Shown: positions 18,804 to 27,373 of the stretch, piece by piece | Numbering within the stretch: position 1 is the stretch's first letter | Layout: each line of letters begins with the position of its first letter | Origin: Candidatus Micrarchaeia archaeon | GTDB lineage: Archaea; Micrarchaeota; Micrarchaeia; Anstonellales; Bilamarchaeaceae | Assembly (NCBI GenBank): GCA_046331685.1 | Contig: JAXLQI010000002.1 | Coordinates: 34,630-98,629, forward strand | Reading direction: 5' to 3' | DNA length: 64,000 nt | Translations under genes and position numbers: made by a program | Notes under the pieces: model-generated | Databases searched by the model: none | The model's input: the letters and a program-made list of their open reading frames with translations, nothing else | Told to the model about the DNA's origin: nothing

Positions 18804-19475
18804 CTATCTGTATATCCACATCTTGGCTGACATGCCGTTCTTGAGCTCCTGGTAAGCAGACATATCGAATATCGCAGTGACCTCGAACTCCCGCTCCTCC
18901 CTCTTGTCTGAGATGCTGAATACGATATCGGCCTGGCGGGCCGAATCCGCCACGCTTTCGACCATCCCGCTGTACTCCTTCGGCCCGAAAGCGTCCACGG
19001 TGAATCTCACCTTCTGCCCGGGCTGTATGTCCTTCAGGCCCTTGTCCTCGGCCACCCTCCCGACCAGACGGAGCTGGCGGCGGTCGATCATAGTGACCAC
19101 GGTCTCATGCGGGTTTATATACGCGCCCGGGGTGTTCTTCACCCCGATCACGATGCCCTCGGTCTTCGATACTATGGTCTCATCGCCGACTTTGGCAAGC
19201 TTCTGGCCCATGGAGACCTGCTGGCCCTCCTCAACGTATAATTTATCCATCACGCCGGGCATGGTGGGGCTCACCGCTATGAGGGGCGCCCGAATCTCCG
19301 CCTTCTCGATATATATTTTCCCCTGCATATCCTGGAAGTAGAGGTATGTCCCGATGCTGAATGCGACGAGCAGGACGACCGCGATCTCTATGAACAGCGG
19401 ATGCTGGCGGATCCTGTGCACGACCGTTTTCTGATCATGCGGATCCTTTTGGATTTCATGCGTCATCTCAATCAC
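18804..19475 (-). CDS. emrA: HlyD/EmrA-family membrane fusion (secretion) protein
   Basis: 223 aa; single N-terminal TM followed by a biotinyl/lipoyl-like beta-barrel ('GQQVSMGQKLAKV'); 4-nt overlap with the MFS gene. Confidence 0.75.
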   Translation of the reverse strand: MIEMTHEIQKDPHDQKTVVHRIRQHPLFIEIAVVLLVAFSIGTYLYFQDMQGKIYIEKAEIRAPLIAVSPTMPGVMDKLYVEEGQQVSMGQKLAKVGDETIVSKTEGIVIGVKNTPGAYINPHETVVTMIDRRQLRLVGRVAEDKGLKDIQPGQKVRFTVDAFGPKEYSGMVESVADSARQADIVFSISDKREEREFEVTAIFDMSAYQELKNGMSAKMWIYR

Positions 19476-19917
19476 TCCTGATCTTGGATACTATCCTGTT
19501 CACTTCCGCTAGGCTCTCTCCGAGCCTGGCGCAATCCTTCTCGTCAAGCCGCGAGAGGCTCCGAATAAAGCTCTGCTTGGCCTGCTCGCGCCTGCCCCTC
19601 ATGTGCCTCTTCCCCATCTCGGTCATCGCTATCCTGACGACCCTCCGGTCGTCCTTGTCCGGCTTCCTCCGGACCATCCCCTGCGATATGAGCTTGTCGA
19701 CTAGGGCCGTCATGCTCGGCTTCGAGCGGTGGAGCCTGCGGCCTATCTCCGACATCGGAAGCTCCTCATGGTCCAGAAGCCACATCATCCAGTACTCCGG
19801 GTCGTATGGAGGAGGCTTGACGCCCTTGTCCCTCATGCGCATCAGGAAGAAGATCCTCATCAGGAGGACCGCGTCCTCAGCGATGGAATCCATGCCGCTT
19901 TTCGCCATATGCACCAA
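19468..19917 (-). CDS. marR: MarR-family transcriptional regulator
   Basis: 149 aa winged-HTH ('LPMSEIGRRLHRSKPSMTALVDKLISQGMVRRKPDKDDRRVVRIAMT'); first gene of the marR-emrA-emrB operon. Confidence 0.85.
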   Translation of the reverse strand: MVHMAKSGMDSIAEDAVLLMRIFFLMRMRDKGVKPPPYDPEYWMMWLLDHEELPMSEIGRRLHRSKPSMTALVDKLISQGMVRRKPDKDDRRVVRIAMTEMGKRHMRGRREQAKQSFIRSLSRLDEKDCARLGESLAEVNRIVSKIRSD

Positions 19918-20065
19918 CCTAAAGCAGTTAAATTTGTGAATGGTTCATATAGTGAACTATTTTAATCCTTTCCGGCGGATCCACCACCTCGCCGGCTGCC
20001 TCGATCTCATGCTAGTGGCCGGTGCGCCGGTCGGGAAATCGTGGAAAATTCGCCTGGAGGGCGAA

Positions 20066-20925
20066 CCGGACAATAAAAATGCAGGAGGAAGACCCTCAGA
20101 GCAGCTCTGAAGCCTGACCTTTCCTTAGCGCCCTGATGTCAAAATTGGCATCAAGCAAAATATAGTCGTCTGCTGGTAATGAGGCATAGTGAATATAGTC
20201 AAGAACGAAACAATTATAAACATAAATTATCACAAAATAAACCATGCTACGAGTACCTCTAAATAAAGCAATTCCGACAACACCAAGGAGGACTCTTGAT
20301 TTTGCCTTGGCGCCAAAAGGGCTGAAGCCGAAATTAAATGGCTTTTGAAAAGTACAATGAAGGTACGGAAGCTCGGAGCGAACCTGCCGAGCTTGCAGAT
20401 TATTGGTTTTTTGAGACGGTCGTGAGGCTGCACCGGGGCGGGGAAGGGGCCCCATACACGGGATTGAACCCGGTGGTGCTCGGCGGAAGCCCGGCGCTGC
20501 GGGCAGAACGCTGCATCGAGAAAGGAGATCCGAAGGAAGTGGTAGCGTTCCTGCACGTCACTGGGGTACAGATGCAGCGGATGTTCAAGGAAGCGATGGT
20601 AAAGAAAAGAATTAGTGATGAAAATGATGTTGACGCCGCACGTGAATATGTAGAAGCGATGCTTGGCTTCATATTGTATTCCCATGGCCCGTACAAGTGG
20701 CGATAAAGAGCGGAGGCCCCATGGTGAAAAGGGGAAGGAGGAGAACGCGGAGGCCACAAGCATTGAGTTTAGGAAAGCGATCTGATATTCGTTTTTGTGG
20801 GCGCGCTGAACGTACCTATCGGTCGTGCCCCTTGCAAGCAGAATTCCGCCCAATGGTTACAGTCCTGAACCATTAGTGGTATGCAGAGGAAGGACTTCAG
20901 AGCTGCTCTGAGGTCTGACCTTGGC
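20066..20925. mobile_element. Remnant (~0.8 kb) of an older integrated element, bounded by degenerate copies of the tRNA-Leu 3' end
   Basis: Degenerate tRNA-3'-end-like copies at about 20066-20125 and 20870-20925. Both carry the palindrome 'CAGAGC(A/T)GCTCTG' and match the 3' exon of tRNA-Leu(CAA) at 25730-25775. GC content drops from about 20000. Confidence 0.5.
20338..20706 (+). CDS. Hypothetical protein inside the element remnant
   Basis: 122-aa ORF with protein-like composition; no family recognised. Confidence 0.3.
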   Translation: MAFEKYNEGTEARSEPAELADYWFFETVVRLHRGGEGAPYTGLNPVVLGGSPALRAERCIEKGDPKEVVAFLHVTGVQMQRMFKEAMVKKRISDENDVDAAREYVEAMLGFILYSHGPYKWR

Positions 20926-21157
20926 AATATCCACTGTCCGACATTGACTGTAGCGAGCGAGGCTACGTTTTGTTCTGTTTTTAGTTTCTTGATGGTAAAT
21001 TTTGCATAACTCGACTTCGGAAATCAGTTGGTAGGTATAAGATAACGGGATTACTAATATTAACTGTCTCGTCCAACCAAGTAAAAACTTCGGAACAATA
21101 AACAAAGTCAATGCAATACAAAGATGGTAAAGAAAACATATCAACTAAAGGTGCCTT

Positions 21158-21595
21158 TTAAACGAGACAAACCATGAACATTTCGAAGTATCTCAAATTA
21201 ATAAATAGAAAATACAGATACAATGTGGTAATGCTATCAGAAATGGGATATGATATAAAAAGGCAGAGATGATCACGCCTAGAATCGTTGGTGGGACGAT
21301 TGCAACCCAACTGCCCAAGATCACGGCTGACCACAGCCAGCAGCCCAGACGGAAAGAAGACTTGCAAGAAAAGGAATATGATAAGCAAAGGAGACGATAT
21401 CGAATAAATGACCAGAGAAGAAAAGGTATAACAATGTAAATAATCTAGGTAGCGTGCTTTGCCCCCAACCCGTTTACCAATGAAAAATATTAACCAAGGA
21501 AAAAAGGTATAATCACCAAAACTTGATAAATATGACAACGGTGCCCAGCATGACTTTGGAAAAATCCCCATAATCTGCACCTTGCGAGTATTCAT
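21158..21595 (-). CDS. Hypothetical small membrane protein in the low-GC element
   Basis: 145 aa; very hydrophobic (I/L/F-rich) with 3-4 TM-like segments. AT-rich codon usage, so it may be a spurious ORF. Confidence 0.3.
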   Translation of the reverse strand: MNTRKVQIMGIFPKSCWAPLSYLSSFGDYTFFPWLIFFIGKRVGGKARYLDYLHCYTFSSLVIYSISSPLLIIFLFLQVFFPSGLLAVVSRDLGQLGCNRPTNDSRRDHLCLFISYPISDSITTLYLYFLFINLRYFEMFMVCLV

Positions 21596-22774
21596 TCATT
21601 ATAAAAGGAAGACCTATTACCAATGCAAGAAATGAGGGAAACATTGCGGCACACTAGATTTCTTATGATGATAGACCAAGAGGCATTGGAAAGCTCTTTC
21701 TGACAAATCATTCATTTTGTTTGGGCGAAGAAAAGAATGAACAAATCCCATATTTGCATGGATGTGTATTAGTTGGTTGGGTAATTAAACCCTTCATAGA
21801 TCCCTCTTTTTTAAGCTCTGCTTCTCAGAACAGTACTCGGCGAGATGATCTTACTCTCGCATAAAATTTGTTATCGTAGCAGATGTGGCCTTCAGACCTG
21901 CGATCTGTTCTGAGTTCCTCAGGACAGACGAACTGGATCTGAGGTTCCCAAGCGGGTAAGATCTCAGACCAGATCTGAATGCAGGAGGGAAAACGCTGAG
22001 CCCAGGGCTCAGAACAGAGCCGTTCAAAGACCCGTCCGATTGGTTCGAAACTTCCCTCCCGTAATAACCATTTGGTTCAGGTCAGAACAGAGTCCCGTTT
22101 TGACCTCTCAACCGAGTGGCCGCTCTGGTTGGAGAGCTATATAAAGTTATGGCTCAACAATATTTTCTATGGCAAAACCAATAATTGAGGCTTGCAAACT
22201 GTCCCCGGCAACTCAAATTTGGGATTACAGCTGCCGTTGCATTGCGAAGTTCTGGGCTGAATTCTTCCGGGCTCTGTTAGAGGATTTATTCAAAGGAGTA
22301 CTGCTAATCTTTTATCCGATTGCTACCGCAGATTTTTTTACTGCTATCCTGGCCTCGGTTTTGCTATGCGATACTGCTTTTTTACCGGAAAATTACTTTA
22401 TGGCTTAAGAAAGTCAAAGTGTGATAAATATTAAGATATAACTGTCTGTGATGGCACGTGTGGCTTAAGGCCTGACTCCCCTCAATATTTCCTTTGAAAT
22501 TACTTTTGCCGCCCTTTCCCTGTCCCGGGAACCCGACTATGTCGATGGTCTGGGATGCGAGCTGTATCCCATCTGTCTTCTGCACCTCTTCAGGATGCGG
22601 CCGCTCAGTCGATTGAATGTCTGGCGCCTCAACCGACTTCGGCAACATAACGAATGCTCATCGATATCCAATTATCCGTCAGCTTGATGAATATCTGGGG
22701 TTCGACATCCTTCTGCTGGAAGAAGTATTTCTCTCCCATGCCGGCCAGTTCCTTCGAGGCTTTTTTCACGGTCT

Positions 22775-23450
22775 CTAGCGTTTCTTTCCTTGCAACGTCT
22801 GAAAAAGGGTTATGGCCTTTTCCAATCGCTGTCGTATGTCACTGAACCCAAATTTCATCCCAGATGAATTCATGGTCTTTAGCAGTATAGTTTTGTATAA
22901 TCCCTGAAATGACATGGCTATTCGGGATGATCGTGAGCCTGCCTGTAGCCTGGTCGCCTTCAATCCATTCCCTCGTCTCAAGCAATGTCGTGTAAAAGAT
23001 ACCTATATTGACAACATCCCCATAGACAGAGTCTATCTGGACGCGGTCTCCGACCGAATAAACCCGCGTGAGAAGGAGTATTGCGCCCCCCGCCATATTT
23101 TTAAAAACATCCTGAAGGGCTATTGCGATGGCCGCGGCAATGAGGCCGTATGCTACGAGAATTGCCTCCGGGTTAGGGATCCATATCGTTATCACGACTG
23201 CGATGACGACAATTGCATTGATGATGGAGACTATCCTTCGAAGCTCGAACTTCCTGCGGCTGTCCTTCACAGTCCCTGTGATGGCGTCTTCGACCACTAT
23301 CTTGAAGATGGCGTATACCACCGCCAATGCAGCGAAGGTGTAAAATGCTTTCAGAAGGTACTCATTCTGATATACTGAGTTCGCATACCAAAGAGCTGCG
23401 GATGCAATGAGCAGCCCTGTGAACACCAGAACCTTTCTGATTGAAATCAA
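22775..23450 (-). pseudogene. MscS-family mechanosensitive channel, C-terminally frameshifted or truncated
   Basis: ORF 22839..23450 has the MscS TM3 and beta-domain signature ('DRVQIDSVYGDVVNIGIFYTTLLE...IIPNS') but ends prematurely after '...EFIW'. The continuation ('GFSDIRQRLEKAI', compare E. coli 'YDSDIDQVKQIL') lies in another frame (ORF 22775..22981), then stops again. Confidence 0.5.
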
Positions 23451-23525
23451 ATTTACACCCTGGTTTCTTGGTCAGAAGAGAGGCACAACCAAAGTTTATA
23501 AAATATCGTGCGTAGCAGGTAAGAT

Positions 23526-23933
23526 GTGCCTATGTTCAAAGAGCGAGAAGGAACGAAAATGAGGAAGGTGATGCGGCGACCGGGCAGCCAGGTTGCCAGA
23601 AGACGGCCAGAAAATGTTAAAAGATGCATTTACTGCGGGAAACGCGTTGTCCGCTTTTTTTGGAAATATGGGAAGAAGATTTCGTGCTACTCCTGTCACT
23701 TTCGCCATGCTTCGAGCATAAAACGCAGTAAGAAGAAAATTTCTGGAAATCTTAAGCAAGATGATATGAATCGGAGTTTACGAAGGGCTGCGCGTCGCGA
23801 GTGGATTGTTCAGCCTGACCAGAGGGTTATTGAAAATCTTGAGGGTCCGGGTTCCGGTCCGCCAAAGCGCAGAAAACAGAGGCCGTTCAGAAAATTGCGC
23901 AATGCCTTGAAGATTGAGGGAATACAATACTGA
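23526..23933 (+). CDS. Small, highly basic Zn-ribbon protein
   Basis: 135 aa; pI clearly basic (many R/K); 'CIYCGKR...CYSCH' zinc-ribbon-like Cys pairs; inside the element. Confidence 0.4.
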   Translation: MPMFKEREGTKMRKVMRRPGSQVARRRPENVKRCIYCGKRVVRFFWKYGKKISCYSCHFRHASSIKRSKKKISGNLKQDDMNRSLRRAARREWIVQPDQRVIENLEGPGSGPPKRRKQRPFRKLRNALKIEGIQY

Positions 23934-24029
23934 TGGATTCAGACAGGATTGGCTGGCACAATAAAATAATAGATTCGCCTTTCTTGAATTACTGCGAGAG
24001 ATAGCGCCTAATTCTGCGATTTTCAAATA

Positions 24030-24340
24030 AATTTTGACCTGTATTTGGTCAAAATTATTTAAGGAAAGTTTTGAACTCGCTGTTTGACCTCACGCAGGGG
24101 TTCTCCGTGCAACCAAGATCATGAATGTCGTAATTCTGGAAAGTGCTTTCCCGTATGAAGGTCAAAAAGATATCGGATGGGCCTAGATAAAAATCATTTT
24201 GAGCCATTCTTGCATATCTCAAAGAGATGGCTTCTATCTCCTTGATTTCCACTCAAATTTTGACCTGTTTCTGGTCAAAATTTTTCGAGGAAAAATTTGA
24301 CCTAATGATTTTGACCTCATAGGTCAGAATGAAGCTGGCC
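24030..24340. repeat. Iteron-like array of TTTGACC half-sites, including two 33-bp near-identical palindromic units
   Basis: 'AAATTTTGACCTGTATTTGGTCAAAAT' at about 24036 and 'AAATTTTGACCTGTTTCTGGTCAAAAT' at about 24253. More TTTGACC/GGTCAAA copies at about 24085, 24300, 24313 and 24322 ('TTTGACCTCATAGGTCAGA'). Lies between the integrase 3' end and the Zn-ribbon gene. Confidence 0.6.
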
Positions 24341-24343
24341 CAT

Positions 24344-25561
24344 TCATTGAAAGCTATTGTTTAGCCCCATCTCGAAAATCTTGCGGAGCATCATGTCCTT
24401 GAACTCATTATCCTGCATCAGCCGGTTCATGATGCCATCGGTAGCTTGCCGGTCCTTCTCAAGAGAGAAGATAAGGTTCTCATCGAGAGGCAGACCGCAT
24501 TTAACGCAGTATTTGGAGGCTGGAGAGTTGTTCTCCTTGCAGCGCTGGCAGCTCTTGGCCTTGATTTTTTCCTCTTGGCTTACCTCGTCATGGGCAAGGC
24601 CTTGCAGCTTCAAGAGCGCATTATCCACGTCGCGCCCGCTCAGATGGACATACGTAGAAGCCATATCCGAACCTTGAACCCACCCAAAGTATTCTTTCAT
24701 CTGCGCCTCCGTGAGCTTTCCGGCCAGCGCCGTAGCTCTGGAGTGGCGGAAAAGATGGGGGTGGATATGCTTCTTTATGCCAGCCTTGTCTGCCAGATTC
24801 CGCAGGAGCTTATAGACTGAGCGGTGGTCCATGCACTGAATCATGTTCTTTGTCTTCCATTTCGCGCACTTGGGCGGCCAAAGTGGGGCGTTCGGCTCGT
24901 CCTTTCTTCGATAGTTATCGACCCATTGGGCCAAAGCGGGCGCAGAGCTGATTATCCTTACCCTTCTATCTCCTGTTTTGCCGGTAACCCTCAGGACTGC
25001 CCCGTATTGGTCGAATTTGACGTTTTGCATACTGAGGGTGAGTATTTCCCCTATCCGGCACCCGGATTCGTATAAAACCAATACAAACGCCTTATCCCTT
25101 GGGTTTTCGGCTTGGCTGACTATCCTAAGGACTTCGTCCTCTGTCAAAAGGTCTTCAGGCAGCTTGTGTTTCTCGTTTTTCAGCTTGGGTTTCAGCCAGC
25201 TTATCTCCGGCGGGAAAGTCTCATCGTTGCCTTTGAGCCACTTATAGAACATCTTAAGGACGATTTTGAAGTCAAGGCGGGTATATTCCGCGTATTTGGG
25301 GTTGTTTTCAAGTCCCCCGACCAAGGTAATGAGATCCTCCTTTGTGGCCTTTCCGAACGGCTTGTTTAGCCATCCTGCAAGGAATCTTAGGCAATATACG
25401 ACCTTTGCCACACGGCCATGAGTCGCCCCCTTCGCCAAGCGGATTTTAGAAAAAGCGATGATGCTTTCCTTGTTCTCTTTGCTAACCGCCCGGTCTTTAT
25501 TGAGGTTTTCTATCGCCAGTTCAAGACGCCTGGGATAGTTGTATAGACCAAATCCATCCAT
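24344..25561 (-). CDS. int: Tyrosine recombinase / phage-type integrase
   Basis: 405 aa; C-terminal catalytic domain with R...HxxR...Y ('HLFRHSRATAL...STYVHL'); N-terminal SAM-like domain; followed by a C-terminal Zn-ribbon-like extension (CQRC...C..C). Confidence 0.9.
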   Translation of the reverse strand: MDGFGLYNYPRRLELAIENLNKDRAVSKENKESIIAFSKIRLAKGATHGRVAKVVYCLRFLAGWLNKPFGKATKEDLITLVGGLENNPKYAEYTRLDFKIVLKMFYKWLKGNDETFPPEISWLKPKLKNEKHKLPEDLLTEDEVLRIVSQAENPRDKAFVLVLYESGCRIGEILTLSMQNVKFDQYGAVLRVTGKTGDRRVRIISSAPALAQWVDNYRRKDEPNAPLWPPKCAKWKTKNMIQCMDHRSVYKLLRNLADKAGIKKHIHPHLFRHSRATALAGKLTEAQMKEYFGWVQGSDMASTYVHLSGRDVDNALLKLQGLAHDEVSQEEKIKAKSCQRCKENNSPASKYCVKCGLPLDENLIFSLEKDRQATDGIMNRLMQDNEFKDMMLRKIFEMGLNNSFQ

Positions 25562-25729
25562 GTTTTCACTCCGGCTGGAGGTCTATTTTAGGGTTCCGAC
25601 AAATCGACGCTTCGATTTGTGGACCATTAAATTGCCCCCGTCTTTTTGCAGTTTCTGGGCAATTTAATTGGTCGTGCCCCTTTGGGCAGAATTCTGCCCA
25701 ATGGTTACAGACCCGAACCAAAAAGATGA

Positions 25730-25922
25730 TGCAGGAGGAAGGATTCGAACCTTCGAAGGCGCTGAGCCAACAGATCTCCCAAACCGCGTTTGGAAAGGGA
25801 AAATAACGCAGCTAATCCGGCCTCCTGAAACCTCTGGCTTTTCGCGGGCATTTTGCCCTTAGAAAAGCGGAGGTCAAAAGGCCCCTTGAGTCTGCCACGT
25901 TTGACCGCTTCGCTACTCCTGC
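25730..25922 (-). tRNA. tRNA-Leu(CAA), class II, interrupted by a ~109-nt intron
   Basis: Minus strand: acceptor GCAGGAG (comp. 25916-25922) pairs with CTCCTGC (comp. 25731-25737); discriminator A. Anticodon stem GCAGA/TCTGT (one G.U); loop CTCAAGA, anticodon CAA (comp. 25886-25888). 15-nt variable arm; T-arm GAAGG-TTCGAAT-CCTTC. Intron about 25776-25884. Its 3' exon is the sequence duplicated at the element boundaries. Confidence 0.65.
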
Positions 25923-26072
25923 AGAAAATTTCCTCCGGTTTGACTTCGGGTAAATTTTCTATCAACGCACCTGAACGACGATTCGTTCAAGGCGCAAAGG
26001 GAACGCAGTTCCCTTATGACTTCCTGAGATGAACTTAGGAATTATTGATAATGCGACTGAATAAAATAAAAG

Positions 26073-26345
26073 CTAATATTCGACGACTATCTTGCCCTTT
26101 TTTATCTTGCACTGGCACATCAGCCGCTCGGTCGGGTCCGTCGCGAACGTGGCGAGGCCGGCCTGCTCTAGCTCGTTCGGAGCCTCGAGGTTGTCCATGC
26201 CTTCGACCACCCTGACCTTGCACGAGGCGCAGCTGCCTGTCTTGCATGCGAAGAGTATAGAGCATTTGCCATCCAGCTCGGCGAGGAGAGACCCGTCAGG
26301 GACCTCGACAGAAGCGCTGTCGTTCTTGACTTCTACCGTTGCCAT
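26073..26345 (-). CDS. [2Fe-2S] ferredoxin (plant-type fold)
   Basis: 90 aa; 'CKTGSCASCK' (CxxGxCxxC) plus a distal Cys ('MCQC'). Confidence 0.7.
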   Translation of the reverse strand: MATVEVKNDSASVEVPDGSLLAELDGKCSILFACKTGSCASCKVRVVEGMDNLEAPNELEQAGLATFATDPTERLMCQCKIKKGKIVVEY

Positions 26346-26400
26346 GTGATCACGGAATCCAATCTCTCCAACAGAATATAAATCTTCATCTCCGGGCCGG

Positions 26401-27000
26401 TTATTTCCTCGCGAAGACCAGGTAGGCGGTATGCATGAGTCCGAAATGCTTCGGCCTGAAGCCGAAGTCCCTCACTTCATACTCTCTCATGATCGTCTCG
26501 ATGGTGAAGACCTCAGAGAAAAACTTCGAGGCCTCGAGATGCAGGGCCTTGGCCTGCTCGGACTGGAGGCAGTGCGCCGCGAGGTAGCCTCCCTTCCTCA
26601 GGGCGTCGTGGGCGGGTTTGGCCATCTTCTCGGCATCTGCGATGTCGCAGAACACGAGATCCCAGGTCTCGTCGCTCTCCTCTATGCCATGGAGCACGTC
26701 ATGGAGGCGGAAAGTGACGTTCCCGAGGCCGGCGCGTCCGACGTTGGATTCGGCCAGCTCAAGGAACTCCTTCCTCTTCTCGTATGACTTGACCTCTTTC
26801 ACGATGTTCGCGAACTGGACCGTCATGAACCCGGAGCCGGAGCCGAGCTCTATCACTCTCGATTCCTTCCCTATCCCGGTGTATGCTATCACCATGCCGG
26901 CATCCTTGGGCAAGGTCACGGCCGGCCCCCCCCGCCTCAACCGGTTGAGCAGGGGCGGGAAATGAAAATCAGGCTTCTTCTCCATGGAATCCTCTCGCAC
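26401..27000 (-). CDS. trmI: SAM-dependent methyltransferase, TrmI/Gcd14-like (tRNA m1A57/58)
   Basis: 199 aa; Rossmann motif I 'VIELGSGSGFMT' and acidic motif II 'LVFCD'; size and order fit TrmI. Confidence 0.55.
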   Translation of the reverse strand: MREDSMEKKPDFHFPPLLNRLRRGGPAVTLPKDAGMVIAYTGIGKESRVIELGSGSGFMTVQFANIVKEVKSYEKRKEFLELAESNVGRAGLGNVTFRLHDVLHGIEESDETWDLVFCDIADAEKMAKPAHDALRKGGYLAAHCLQSEQAKALHLEASKFFSEVFTIETIMREYEVRDFGFRPKHFGLMHTAYLVFARK

Positions 27001-27037
27001 GCTAAATTATTTAATAAGCTCCCACGCAGTCCTTCAC

Positions 27038-27373
27038 ATGGCCAAATCCGGTTCACTCAGGAAGCGCTATGTGCTATTCAGCTACAGCGGGCCGGCCACG
27101 GACGAAGGGCAGCTGAAACGGGCCCTCTATGCCGAAGCCCTGAGGTTCTTCGGGGAACTGGGCCTCTCGCATGCGGCGATAAAGCTTGTATCATTCGACA
27201 AGGGGAAAAATGCCGGGATCCTGCGCTGCGAGCGCGATCATCTGGACAGCGTCCTCGGCTTCCTTGCGCTGATCAGCTCGCTCGAAGGCTCCGAGACGCG
27301 CCTCGTCGCCGTAAGATCCAGCGGGACCCTCAAGAGCCTGGAAAACGAGTTCTTGTCCACCCATTCCAGGTAA
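27038..27373 (+). CDS. pop5: RNase P protein subunit Pop5 (Rnp2)
   Basis: Trimmed to ATG 27038; 'LRKRYVLFSY...GILRCERDHLDSVLGFLALISSLEG...RSSGTLKSL' matches the Pop5 pattern (RYxxFE...IxRCxR...SGT.K). Confidence 0.6.
   Translation: MAKSGSLRKRYVLFSYSGPATDEGQLKRALYAEALRFFGELGLSHAAIKLVSFDKGKNAGILRCERDHLDSVLGFLALISSLEGSETRLVAVRSSGTLKSLENEFLSTHSR

Larger units (their letters stand above)
20812..25775. mobile_element. Integrated element (~4.9 kb, low GC) at the 3' end of tRNA-Leu(CAA), carrying a tyrosine integrase
   Basis: Imperfect direct repeats 'GGTCGTGCCCCTT..GCAGAATTC.GCCCAATGGTTACAG.CC.GAACCA' at 20812-20870 and 25668-25728, each followed by a tRNA-3'-end-like segment. Intact integrase (24344-25561) next to the tRNA. 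GC about 40% versus about 60% outside. Contains a decayed MscS gene. Confidence 0.7.

Noticed and set aside
25729-25860. Initial reading of the 25.73-25.84 kb region as a degenerate tRNA fragment (T-arm only)
   Set aside because: The acceptor partner was subsequently found at 25916-25922 once a 109-nt intron was allowed. It is now called an intact intron-containing tRNA-Leu(CAA).
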